Below, piece by piece: positions 10,522 to 18,154 of a stretch of 22,798 bases of DNA; position 1 is the stretch's first letter, and every line of letters starts with the position of its first letter. The DNA is from Fibrobacterales bacterium. GTDB taxonomy: Bacteria > Fibrobacterota > Fibrobacteria > Fibrobacterales > JAOPTW01. The notes beneath the pieces are model-generated. The model was not told where the DNA came from, searched no databases, and saw only the letters and a list, made by a program, of their open reading frames with translations. Both the position numbers and the translations under genes were made by a program. The stretch is from positions 1-22,798 of the forward strand of contig JAOPTW010000095.1 of the NCBI GenBank assembly GCA_051532035.1, given 5' to 3'.

Positions 10522-11382
10522 TTAAATATCCACTTTTTTTGTTAATGGGAAATATTGGATATTTAACTGGTGTGTTGATGATAATTGACTGCAGCCATTT
10601 ACTATTGAAATCAATTTTTCTTGAAACTCCATAAGTGCCTCACTTACTTCAGCAATACTTTTTTCATCAATGCTAAATGTATAGGTCAGAAATGTTCGTT
10701 TAGTAGGAGGTATTTCATTTAATGCACTCTTTGCTAAGTCTAGAGTCACATCTTGATAGCTATGAACTGTAAGAGATTCCTCAGATTCATCCCCTAAAAT
10801 AACTTTGTCGGTTTGCTCATATAACATTCTAGTTTTATTCTGTCTTATACCACTAGACTTTTCGGGTATCACCTCTTTTATCAATTCGAGGTCCAACAAT
10901 AATTTCACAGCATTTTTCGCATCATATGATGAAATTGGAGGCGTAAGCTGTTGCCCAAGAAGCTTATAGTCACCCTTAAAGTCAAAATAAGTTAGCAACT
11001 CTCTGAGCACGGGGTAATACCATTTTTGAAAATACTCATACTGCTTGTTTTTTAAAATGTTAACAGTAGTCTGTGGTTTTAACTTTTGAATTATTGAATA
11101 AAAATAGTTTTTTTCGGAGAGATCTTTACTCTCCTTAAACTGAACTAACGCTTCAAAATACTTAGACTCTTTTAAATTGAGTTCAAGGGCAGAGGTAACT
11201 TTGAATATATTCTTCACACTCAATGGACGTGCGCCGTTCAAAATATTAGCCATATAGCTTCTGGATTTAAAACCAGCTTTTTGTGCAAAAAATTGATGAG
11301 AAAAGTTTTTATTGACTTCTTTTTGTCTATCAAACCAATCTCTTAAGAATTTAACGTAATTTTCATATTCATATATCATCAT
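10522..11382 (-). CDS. TIGR02147 / DUF4423-family protein with N-terminal HTH-like region
   Basis: IYEYENYVKFLRDWF..K..NKNFSHQFFAQKAGFKSRSY..ILNGARPL, YFEALV, KWYYPVLRELL and C-terminal QLNIQYFPLTK match the family pattern as I recall it. Confidence 0.88.
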   Translation of the reverse strand: MMIYEYENYVKFLRDWFDRQKEVNKNFSHQFFAQKAGFKSRSYMANILNGARPLSVKNIFKVTSALELNLKESKYFEALVQFKESKDLSEKNYFYSIIQKLKPQTTVNILKNKQYEYFQKWYYPVLRELLTYFDFKGDYKLLGQQLTPPISSYDAKNAVKLLLDLELIKEVIPEKSSGIRQNKTRMLYEQTDKVILGDESEESLTVHSYQDVTLDLAKSALNEIPPTKRTFLTYTFSIDEKSIAEVSEALMEFQEKLISIVNGCSQLSSTHQLNIQYFPLTKKVDI

Positions 11383-11474
11383 TTCATAAAAATAATTATA
11401 TAAAAATGAATAGCTAGAGCAATTGCTTAAACGATACTAGATTAACACATTTACTCTTCCTTGGCTTACAAAAG

Positions 11475-13304
11475 CTATCGACTAAACTCAAAAGTCACAT
11501 TTTCAGGTGTAAGGGCAAAATCAAATACTTTATATTCATCTACACTAGCGTTAAGAGAGAAATCATAAACCTCTGTTTGGCCATTGTCCCCTCTACCAAT
11601 CCTTACAGGTGCACTATAATCTTCAGGTGCAGTATACTTAATTGTACCCATTGCGCTACCGCTCTTGTCTAAGACCCCATTTATATACATGGATAATTTA
11701 TCACTACTCTTAGTTACTACTATATGTATCCATGTATCTAGTACTAAATTTTGATTACTTGTAATATCAGTCCAAGCCCCCCCTTTGCCATATGAGGTTT
11801 GTAACCTTCCATTATTACATTGTATTGAGACTCCTTCTGCGACATTAGTGAGTGCCCTAAAGGATGAAAAAATACCTTGGTTGCCAGTTAATGAATGTAA
11901 TTTAACCCAGCCTGTGATACTGTACTCTTGTAAGAAAAGAATAGAGTTGTCTCCTGAAAACCTGACACTCTTCCCCTCTGACCCTAATCGAGCTGCACTC
12001 CCAAATACACCAGCTTCAAAAGTAATGTCACTATTAAGATCATATCCATCTAACTGTCCCATTTCATCCTTAAAATCTCCATCAAATGCCCAATAAACAA
12101 GAGGATTATTCGGTTCAATAGATACTGAAGATGAAGATGAAGACGAAGACGAAGACGAAGATGAAGCCGAAGACGAAGACGAAGATGAAGACGAAGATGA
12201 AGACGAAGACGAAGACGAAGACGAAGACGAAGATGAAGACGAAGACGAAGACGAAGACGAAGACGAAGACGAAGACGAAGACGAAGACGAAGACGAAGAC
12301 GAAGACGAAGACGAAGAAATGTTAGTACTGGATGAACTGGTTATTTCTACAAGACTAAAGAGACAAGTAATGACGATATCAGATGAAATAGAATTGATAG
12401 TATTGCCATCTATAACAGCATCCCCTATAACTAAATATAATGAAATAAAGGTAAATCCATCTACTTCATCTAAAAGGACTTCTATTTCACCATTTTTAGC
12501 GACCACTCCTGGCCCAGAAATAGAACCACCATCTAAATCCCCTATATAGGTTACATTAAAGGTAGCTAAATCCTCAATAAGTAAACTACTCATATTTACA
12601 ATCGAAGATGAGGAGGAAGAATAAATCGTTTTTAACGAACTACTTTCCTTATGATTATTCAAATTATCACTATCATAAGGAGTTACAGAAACAGTAAAAT
12701 GTTGAAGTATGGTATGAAAGCCATCAAACACCTTAACACTACCTGTATATGTATCAATTGTGTTATATGTCCAAATTAACCGCTTATCAAATGAGCCATT
12801 TCCAGTAAAATCTATCAGTACGTCATAGTAATCAGAATCATCAGTAACGACCAAATCCCCCAATGAAACACGATTACCCACATTAATCTCGATACTCTTA
12901 AAGGGCAATGTAACTTGAGGAGGAGTATCCATACTTACTGATATAATGGTATCATGTAAAGTAATGATTGAGAGATTGTTTTTACCAACAATTAGTCCAT
13001 CGTTATAGCATGTAATATGTATAATAGACTTTTGATTACTATTTAATGCTACATCTAATTCTCGGTATAATTCTCCTGATTCATAAGGAACTGAAGCTAT
13101 TTCCTGAAAAACATTTCCAGTTTGGATAATTAAATCTATAGAGGAAATATCATAATCTGCTATTTCAATTTGTAATCTCAAGTTCGCTGTTAGGTTGTCG
13201 CCATCAGCACTTACTAACGATCTATTTTCACTGGGAGCCTCAAACAAACAGGCATTAATTAGAACACCAAATAAAACAATTATATACAGAACAATTCTTA
13301 ACAT
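11475..13304 (-). CDS. Lipoprotein with beta-sandwich regions, a 64-residue poly-Ser linker and a C-terminal LamG/concanavalin-like domain
   Basis: Signal peptide with lipobox LINAC. LamG motifs YWAFDG, SITGWVK, WIHIVVT, MYINGVL and VDEYKVFDFALT. ATG at 13304 is preferred over TTG at 13316. Confidence 0.85.
   Translation of the reverse strand: MLRIVLYIIVLFGVLINACLFEAPSENRSLVSADGDNLTANLRLQIEIADYDISSIDLIIQTGNVFQEIASVPYESGELYRELDVALNSNQKSIIHITCYNDGLIVGKNNLSIITLHDTIISVSMDTPPQVTLPFKSIEINVGNRVSLGDLVVTDDSDYYDVLIDFTGNGSFDKRLIWTYNTIDTYTGSVKVFDGFHTILQHFTVSVTPYDSDNLNNHKESSSLKTIYSSSSSSIVNMSSLLIEDLATFNVTYIGDLDGGSISGPGVVAKNGEIEVLLDEVDGFTFISLYLVIGDAVIDGNTINSISSDIVITCLFSLVEITSSSSTNISSSSSSSSSSSSSSSSSSSSSSSSSSSSSSSSSSSSSSSSSSSSSSSSSSASSSSSSSSSSSSSVSIEPNNPLVYWAFDGDFKDEMGQLDGYDLNSDITFEAGVFGSAARLGSEGKSVRFSGDNSILFLQEYSITGWVKLHSLTGNQGIFSSFRALTNVAEGVSIQCNNGRLQTSYGKGGAWTDITSNQNLVLDTWIHIVVTKSSDKLSMYINGVLDKSGSAMGTIKYTAPEDYSAPVRIGRGDNGQTEVYDFSLNASVDEYKVFDFALTPENVTFEFSR
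12126..12317. repeat. Hexanucleotide tandem repeat (GAAGAC/GAAGAT) x32, encoding poly-Ser on the minus strand
   Basis: Directly visible: 192 bp of TCT-TCG/TCT-TCA codon pairs with one GAAGCC (Ala) variant. Confidence 0.97.
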
Positions 13305-13397
13305 TTTCTCTCTCAATTTAGTGATCCTATAAATTAGGTTAAATAGATATTGTATAGTAAATAGTTACTATTTTTTTACAAATTGGAGCCTATAAAA

Positions 13398-13907
13398 CTA
13401 AAACACATACTTATCCTCAAATAATACAGCTTCATTTTTGGAGCAGACAATGCTCTTCTAAATACCTTAAATTCATCGACCATCCCATCAAATGAAAAAT
13501 CGAAAATTTCATAACTTTCAGGACCTTTACCAAACCGGGCAGGTGCCGAGTATATAACGATTCCGCTACTATTGTTCTCTTTTTATTGCTCCATGACTAC
13601 TATTATACTCTGTTAAAACAACATATTCTCCAATAGATAGACTTGAGAAAGTAAATGTACCTTCTGGACTTGAAACAACAGAATCTATTACAGTATTTTC
13701 ATCATCAGATCTGTACAAATAAACCATAGCGCCAGATTGTACTGTAGAGATATTTCCTGTATGAGCAACCCTTTTTAATGTTGCAGTTGAATTACTCGCT
13801 CCAGTAATAGTAATACCCGAAATAGAACCATTGAAGTCATCTTCTGATACTATAGCGCAAGAACAGAGCTAAAAGATGAGCGTAAGAATACATAGAGTAT
13901 TTTTCAT
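13398..13907 (-). pseudogene. Degraded paralogue of the neighbouring LamG lipoproteins
   Basis: Manual translation gives MKNTLCILTLIF*LCSCAIVSEDDFNGSISGITITGASNSTATLK...GEYVVLTEYNSSHGAIKR, matching the N-terminus of 14135..16324. After a frame change it reads SAPARFGKGPESYEIFDFSFDGMVDEFKVFRRALS (LamG C-terminus). In-frame TAG at 13869-13871, internal deletion junction near 13577, and a probable further frameshift near the end. Confidence 0.88.
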
Positions 13908-13992
13908 ACTTATTCCTATAAAAGTGTGTTTGATAAATATAGTTCTTAGCTAATACCATTTTAAATACATCACACAGATTTGCCACCATTTT

Positions 13993-14011
13993 TGTTCACA
14001 ACCTGTGAACA
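13993..14011. promoter_or_regulatory. Palindromic operator-like site TGTTCACA-ACC-TGTGAACA upstream of the pseudogene
   Basis: Perfect 8-3-8 inverted repeat. The same GTTCAC-N5-GTGAAC core recurs at 16407-16423 at an equivalent position. Confidence 0.7.
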
Positions 14012-14050
14012 TACTAAATTTTTACATCCCAATTAATACTCTATACAAAC

Positions 14051-14086
14051 AAAAAACAACACCTGCGTTCACAGATGTTGTTTTTT
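14051..14086 (-). terminator. Intrinsic terminator of the 729-aa lipoprotein gene, possibly bidirectional
   Basis: Minus-strand RNA reads CAACAUCUG-UGAACG-CAGGUGUUG-UUUUUU (9-bp stem with one U-G pair), about 50 nt past the stop codon, flanked by A6 and U6 tracts. Confidence 0.8.
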
Positions 14087-14134
14087 GAAAGATTAACTAC
14101 TAGGATTCATAAAAATATATTATAAAGCGTAGTA

Positions 14135-16324
14135 TTAATACCTTATAACAAGTTTTGGTCTTTTAAAAGCCTCTGGATGTTCACTGGATGCAAATGCTGG
14201 AAATGAAGGGTAGTTATCAGAATTGCCAATATCATATGGGTTTTTAAGCAATACACCAAAATTATTTGACGTACCACTTATCCATTCATTTACGAGAGTT
14301 GTTACATCAAAACTCACTGTATCAATTGACCAAAGGTCCTCAACAGGAATTGACACAGAAGTAAAAGATGCAGTTGCATCTGTACCATCTAATGCTACTG
14401 CCTCCGCATTCCAAGGACTTCCAAACATCGCTTCCACTCCTGTCGCACCATCACAAATACTATTTTCTCCTCCGTTTACAATATCACAGGTCCCTTCGTT
14501 CCAATCACGAAGCATTTGATGCATATCAATCTGAAAATCAATATCAAAATGTTTTGTATAAGTGGTATCTCTATATAATACCATTCGAGCATTTGATACC
14601 ATTACAACAGGAGCTGTAGCTAAAGGAAAAGCAATTAGCGTTCTTTGACGATTATGCGGATCATACCCTCCAACATTAAGCCATTTAAATCCACCTGAAT
14701 TTCGGTTTGTATAGATATTGTCGGCTTCGGATCCATTATACACAATTCTTGAGTCTTTCCCTTCTGTTGGACCAGGCTGGATAACAATCTCAATAGGAAT
14801 TTGCGGTTTTAAACGATTATACTCAATAAGTACATCCTCACTTTGAAGAGAATAATTATAAACCTTAAATTCATCAATACTGCCATCAAATGAATAGTCA
14901 TTTGCTTCAAGAGAATCTATTCCTTTCCCAAAATGCCCTGGTGAGGAGTGAATAATTGGCTCAAGAGCAGCTTGTGTCTTCACATTGATACCATTAATAT
15001 AGAGTGACATCACATCGTGGTCTTTAGTAACCCCTATATGTACCCAAGTATCGAGTGGAATCGTCTCATTGGACCATATAGAATTCCAAGATGAACCTTT
15101 GCCATAAGAGAATTCTAACTGTTGGCTTGAACGTATTTGAATCCCCATTCCCTCCGAGACACCCGGTAGTACTTTATAATTACCAAAAACCATTTGATAC
15201 TCTTTCAAACTTTGTAAATTAATCCATCCCACTATGCTAAATTCTTGAAGATGTAATACTTCGGGAGCAGAATTGAATCTAATACTTTGATTATTCGTTC
15301 CCAATTTTGCCGCACTCCCAGAAACCCCAGAAATAAACGTAACATTATTATTAATATCATAGCCATCAGCAACTCCTTCTTCATCAATAAAAGAGTCATC
15401 AAACTTCCAATAGGTAAGTAATTGAGCTGATATATCTGTAGTTGAACTACTTGATTGATAATCACTGCTTAATTGAGAGTTACTACTTAATTGAAAATCA
15501 CTGCTTAACCACACGGGTACACTTGAATGTGAATTATCAATTGAAGAACTACTTATTTTCTGTGAGTTCAAAGAAGAACTACTCGACAACTGTTCAATGG
15601 AACTCAGTATCGCATAACTTACCTCAAAATCATTACTACTTAAAGAGAAACTACTTCCGCCTATCATCTCACTTGATGAAACAAGCATACTACTTGAAAT
15701 ATATTCGTCAATTGGAATTAAAACAACAACTCCCTCACGTTCAATAACAACTAATACATATTGACTTACCTCTAAAGTCCCACCAATCATTTTAGTAACG
15801 GTGATATTTTGTATTTCTCCATCAAGTACCGGCAGATAGAATTGATCATTGGATTTTTTAATTTCTTTATGAAAGTACTTTATAGCAGAGACTGATTTGT
15901 TATCAAATTTGAGTAGTTTACTTTTATACTGTTTCATTGCTATCTCAAGGCCATCAACAACTTTAGTGTCTTTATTGAGATTTATATTTCTTTTTATAGC
16001 CCCAAGTGTTTCACTGAAATCTGCCATGAGTACATATTCACCAAATTCAATATTTAAAAATGTAAATATTCCATTCACATTTGATTGAGTTGAATCAACA
16101 GGTTTTTGCTCATTACCTTTTGCAAAAAGGTATAACATAACCCCTTGTTTCGCTAGCCTTGGTGAGTCTATTGTATTTGCAACTTTGAGCGTCGCCGTGG
16201 TTTTATTCGAACCAGTAATTGTAATTCCTGAAATAGAACCACTTGATTGTTCCTCAGAAATTATTGAACAAGCATTTATCAAAAAAAGTAAAGACAGGGT
16301 AATTAAAACATTTAGATATCTCAT
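14135..16324 (-). CDS. Lipoprotein: carboxypeptidase-regulatory-like N-domain, Ser-rich linker, LamG domain and C-terminal DNRLRE-like domain
   Basis: Lipobox LINAC. LamG motifs YWKFDD, WVHIGVT, LYING and IDEFKVYNYSL. C-terminus IQPGPTEGKDSRI...RTLIAF...FDVTTLVNEW...NNFGVLLK...FASSEH..RPKLVIRY. Confidence 0.85.
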   Translation of the reverse strand: MRYLNVLITLSLLFLINACSIISEEQSSGSISGITITGSNKTTATLKVANTIDSPRLAKQGVMLYLFAKGNEQKPVDSTQSNVNGIFTFLNIEFGEYVLMADFSETLGAIKRNINLNKDTKVVDGLEIAMKQYKSKLLKFDNKSVSAIKYFHKEIKKSNDQFYLPVLDGEIQNITVTKMIGGTLEVSQYVLVVIEREGVVVLIPIDEYISSSMLVSSSEMIGGSSFSLSSNDFEVSYAILSSIEQLSSSSSLNSQKISSSSIDNSHSSVPVWLSSDFQLSSNSQLSSDYQSSSSTTDISAQLLTYWKFDDSFIDEEGVADGYDINNNVTFISGVSGSAAKLGTNNQSIRFNSAPEVLHLQEFSIVGWINLQSLKEYQMVFGNYKVLPGVSEGMGIQIRSSQQLEFSYGKGSSWNSIWSNETIPLDTWVHIGVTKDHDVMSLYINGINVKTQAALEPIIHSSPGHFGKGIDSLEANDYSFDGSIDEFKVYNYSLQSEDVLIEYNRLKPQIPIEIVIQPGPTEGKDSRIVYNGSEADNIYTNRNSGGFKWLNVGGYDPHNRQRTLIAFPLATAPVVMVSNARMVLYRDTTYTKHFDIDFQIDMHQMLRDWNEGTCDIVNGGENSICDGATGVEAMFGSPWNAEAVALDGTDATASFTSVSIPVEDLWSIDTVSFDVTTLVNEWISGTSNNFGVLLKNPYDIGNSDNYPSFPAFASSEHPEAFKRPKLVIRY

Positions 16325-16406
16325 ACTGTTTCCATTTTTAATTATCCTAAATATAGAATCTCGGTAATTTATTTTAATTATCGGATTTAGAATTTATCAC
16401 AAAAAC

Positions 16407-16423
16407 GTTCACACTTCGTGAAC
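16407..16423. promoter_or_regulatory. Palindromic operator-like site GTTCAC-ACTTC-GTGAAC upstream of the 729-aa lipoprotein gene
   Basis: Perfect 6-5-6 inverted repeat. It starts 59 nt from a TAAATATAG block at 16348 (minus-strand TATATT, -10-like); the equivalent distance is 60 nt in the 13934/13994 copy. Confidence 0.7.
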
Positions 16424-16459
16424 AATAGATTCGTGAGTATTTGAAAAAAAGCCCAATAT

Positions 16460-16500
16460 AAACAAAAATCAACCCCTACGTTCACAGTGAAGGTCCTTTT
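16460..16500 (-). terminator. Degenerate terminator-like element, homologous to 14047-14086, downstream of small glycyl-radical ORF A
   Basis: AAACAAAAATCAACCCCTACGTTCACAG matches AAACAAAAAACAACACCTGCGTTCACAG at 25/28 positions. The other stem arm is imperfect. Confidence 0.4.
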
Positions 16501-16515
16501 CATTGAAAGAAAACG

Positions 16516-16695
16516 TTATGCAACGGCAATATCTGGCAGTGCTTTTATTGCAACTATTTCTTGAAAAACAGTACGTTCAGCATATTCTGACTGCTTTCCT
16601 ATATTAAACTCCGTAACCGGTCTGTGATAACCCATAACGCGTGTCCAAATCTCGCATTTTGTTCTTTCTGAATCTTTTATAATAGTGCGTGTCAT
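16516..16695 (-). CDS. Stand-alone NrdD C-terminal glycyl-radical-loop protein, copy A (59 aa)
   Basis: Manual translation: MTRTIIKDSERTKCEIWTRVMGYHRPVTEFNIGKQSEYAERTVFQEIVAIKALPDIAVA. Has the RVxGY glycyl-radical motif and FNxGK..E..ER tail of class III RNR. AAGGAGA RBS at 16703-16709. Below the ORF-track length cutoff. Confidence 0.92.
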   Translation of the reverse strand: MTRTIIKDSERTKCEIWTRVMGYHRPVTEFNIGKQSEYAERTVFQEIVAIKALPDIAVA

Positions 16696-16721
16696 AGTTT
16701 CATCTCCTTATTAATGGAGTA

Positions 16722-16750
16722 ATGATAGATTGTATCAAGTGAATTTACAA
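16722..16750 (-). promoter_or_regulatory. Putative sigma70 promoter of copy A
   Basis: Minus strand TTGTAA (16750-16745), 17 nt spacer, TATCAT (16727-16722). Confidence 0.45.
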
Positions 16751-16768
16751 GTGTGTAAATCAATTATC

Positions 16769-16815
16769 ACACACTATATGGTACTTACAAAAACAACAGA
16801 TACACTATATTGCTT
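16769..16815. promoter_or_regulatory. Tandem NrdR-box-like sites
   Basis: ACACACTATATGGTAC (16769-16784) and ATACACTATATTGCTT (16800-16815) resemble the consensus acaCwAtATaTwGtgt. They are exactly 31 bp apart, the usual NrdR tandem spacing, and lie upstream of an nrdD-like ORF. Confidence 0.72.
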
Positions 16816-16872
16816 TTTTATTGATAAAAAGGGTACAGGGTATGTAATTTTGGTTGATAGGCTGTTAGGATA

Positions 16873-17073
16873 TTATTTCTGTAATCGAGCGATAGAAATG
16901 TGTTGATGCACGATACTCTTTTGTAGCTCTTTTAACTCGACCTCTAAATAATAGGTCTCTAAATCAAAATCCATAGTATGTATCATATAACTTGATGCGA
17001 GTTCAAATCGATAAGTATGAACCATTATACATGATGCAGTGAGAACTACTATTGAGAGTACATTTTTTAACAT
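16873..17073 (-). CDS. Small hypothetical protein (hydrophobic N-terminus, possible coiled-coil C-terminus)
   Basis: 66-aa ORF with an AAGGA RBS overlapping the upstream stop codon and an 8-nt gap from the upstream gene. No recognised family. Confidence 0.55.
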   Translation of the reverse strand: MLKNVLSIVVLTASCIMVHTYRFELASSYMIHTMDFDLETYYLEVELKELQKSIVHQHISIARLQK

Positions 17074-17081
17074 TGTTGTCC

Positions 17082-18044
17082 TTACTGACTCAGAGTATCA
17101 AGGTATTGCTGATATGCTACTGAATCTACAATTCCATAAAAATAGTTGTCATAATTAGAGAAGGCGATTTTCATTACTGTTTTAGTGGTGTCAACAGGGT
17201 AATACATCTGGATTTTTGCGGTATCGTTTAGTCCAAGAGTAATTTCTTTTGTATTTGAGTTGTAGAGCACAGTATCTTGTGTAGCAAAAGTTAAACTATC
17301 AAATTTCACCCCATTTACTTCGGCATAGTCCTCTTGATACCTCAATATAAGGTTATCGAGGTCAACGTCTATTTCTGTACCAGCGCCATCATACAGGATA
17401 TGCAAATACAGCTTGTAACTACTTCCATCGATATGGGCCGGTGTAATTATAGATTTTGAAATTACATCAATCTTTATATAACGTAAATCGTCCATTGAGG
17501 ACGACGACTCAGTAGAGGATTGTTCAATACTACTACTACTACTTGAAATAGTAGTAGTACTTGACTCCAACACCGAGCTATCTACAATCGATGAACTCGT
17601 AGTACTTATTGCAGAAGATATTTGATTTGAACTGGATTGAACCGTGCTACTCTCGATATTTGAACTGCTTGAACTACTCGATAAAGGTGGAAACCTTTCT
17701 ATTTCAGAAAGAGTATCACCAGCTGTAACATATTCATATATAAATCCTTGATTATACGACCGGATTACCGTATCAAATACCTGAGTTTTTATGAGGGAAT
17801 CCGTTCCATATACATAACGTTCTTCAAAGTGGCTTTTAAGATAAAAGGTATCGACACTACTCACTGATTCAATAATTAAAAGAGTATCTTCATACTCTAA
17901 CCATGCAGAATCATATACCGTACTATCCGAATTATAGTTATATCGTACCATAGGAAGAATAGACTCATCTTGTGGTACATCATTCACTTGTGTACAAGAG
18001 AGCATTAAAAGGCTGAGCAATAGAGTAAGTTTCAAATTATTCAT
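17082..18044 (-). CDS. Hypothetical lipoprotein with central Ser/Thr-rich linker
   Basis: MNNLKLTLLLSLLMLSC signal peptide and lipobox, and an approximately 60-aa Ser-rich middle region. ATG at 18044 is preferred over TTG at 18059. Confidence 0.75.
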   Translation of the reverse strand: MNNLKLTLLLSLLMLSCTQVNDVPQDESILPMVRYNYNSDSTVYDSAWLEYEDTLLIIESVSSVDTFYLKSHFEERYVYGTDSLIKTQVFDTVIRSYNQGFIYEYVTAGDTLSEIERFPPLSSSSSSSNIESSTVQSSSNQISSAISTTSSSIVDSSVLESSTTTISSSSSSIEQSSTESSSSMDDLRYIKIDVISKSIITPAHIDGSSYKLYLHILYDGAGTEIDVDLDNLILRYQEDYAEVNGVKFDSLTFATQDTVLYNSNTKEITLGLNDTAKIQMYYPVDTTKTVMKIAFSNYDNYFYGIVDSVAYQQYLDTLSQ

Positions 18045-18111
18045 AGCTTGATTGTACAAATTCTCACATTTAAATGCTTTAAAATAATGAGTATTTTGAG
18101 GTGAATATCCA

Positions 18112-18146
18112 TTCTTGCCATCAAGCCAATACTACGATGGCAAGAA
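18112..18146. repeat. 11-bp perfect inverted repeat (stem-loop) just downstream of copy B
   Basis: TTCTTGCCATC, 13-nt loop, GATGGCAAGAA. Starts 9 nt after the stop at 18155 and has no U-tract on the minus strand. Confidence 0.7.
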
Positions 18147-18154
18147 CGAGTATT

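Noticed and set aside
12126..12317. Possible CRISPR array
   Set aside because: It is a contiguous 6-bp microsatellite with no unique spacers, and no cas genes are present.
12131..12325. Plus-strand ORF MKMKTKTKTK...
   Set aside because: It is an antisense reading of the poly-Ser hexamer repeat with no independent coding evidence.
13354..13371. ATAGTAA-ATAG-TTACTAT inverted repeat upstream of the 609-aa gene
   Set aside because: It is very AT-rich, occurs once, and is plausibly a chance match.
13869..13871. In-frame TAG as stop-codon recoding or readthrough
   Set aside because: TAG ends several intact genes here (1286, 3753, 6772, 10520), and the same locus also carries a large deletion and frameshifts.
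16715..16765. FNR or Rex anaerobic operator upstream of copy A
   Set aside because: Only ATCAA half-sites are present, with no TTGAT-N4-ATCAA or TTGTGAA-N4-TTCACAA match.
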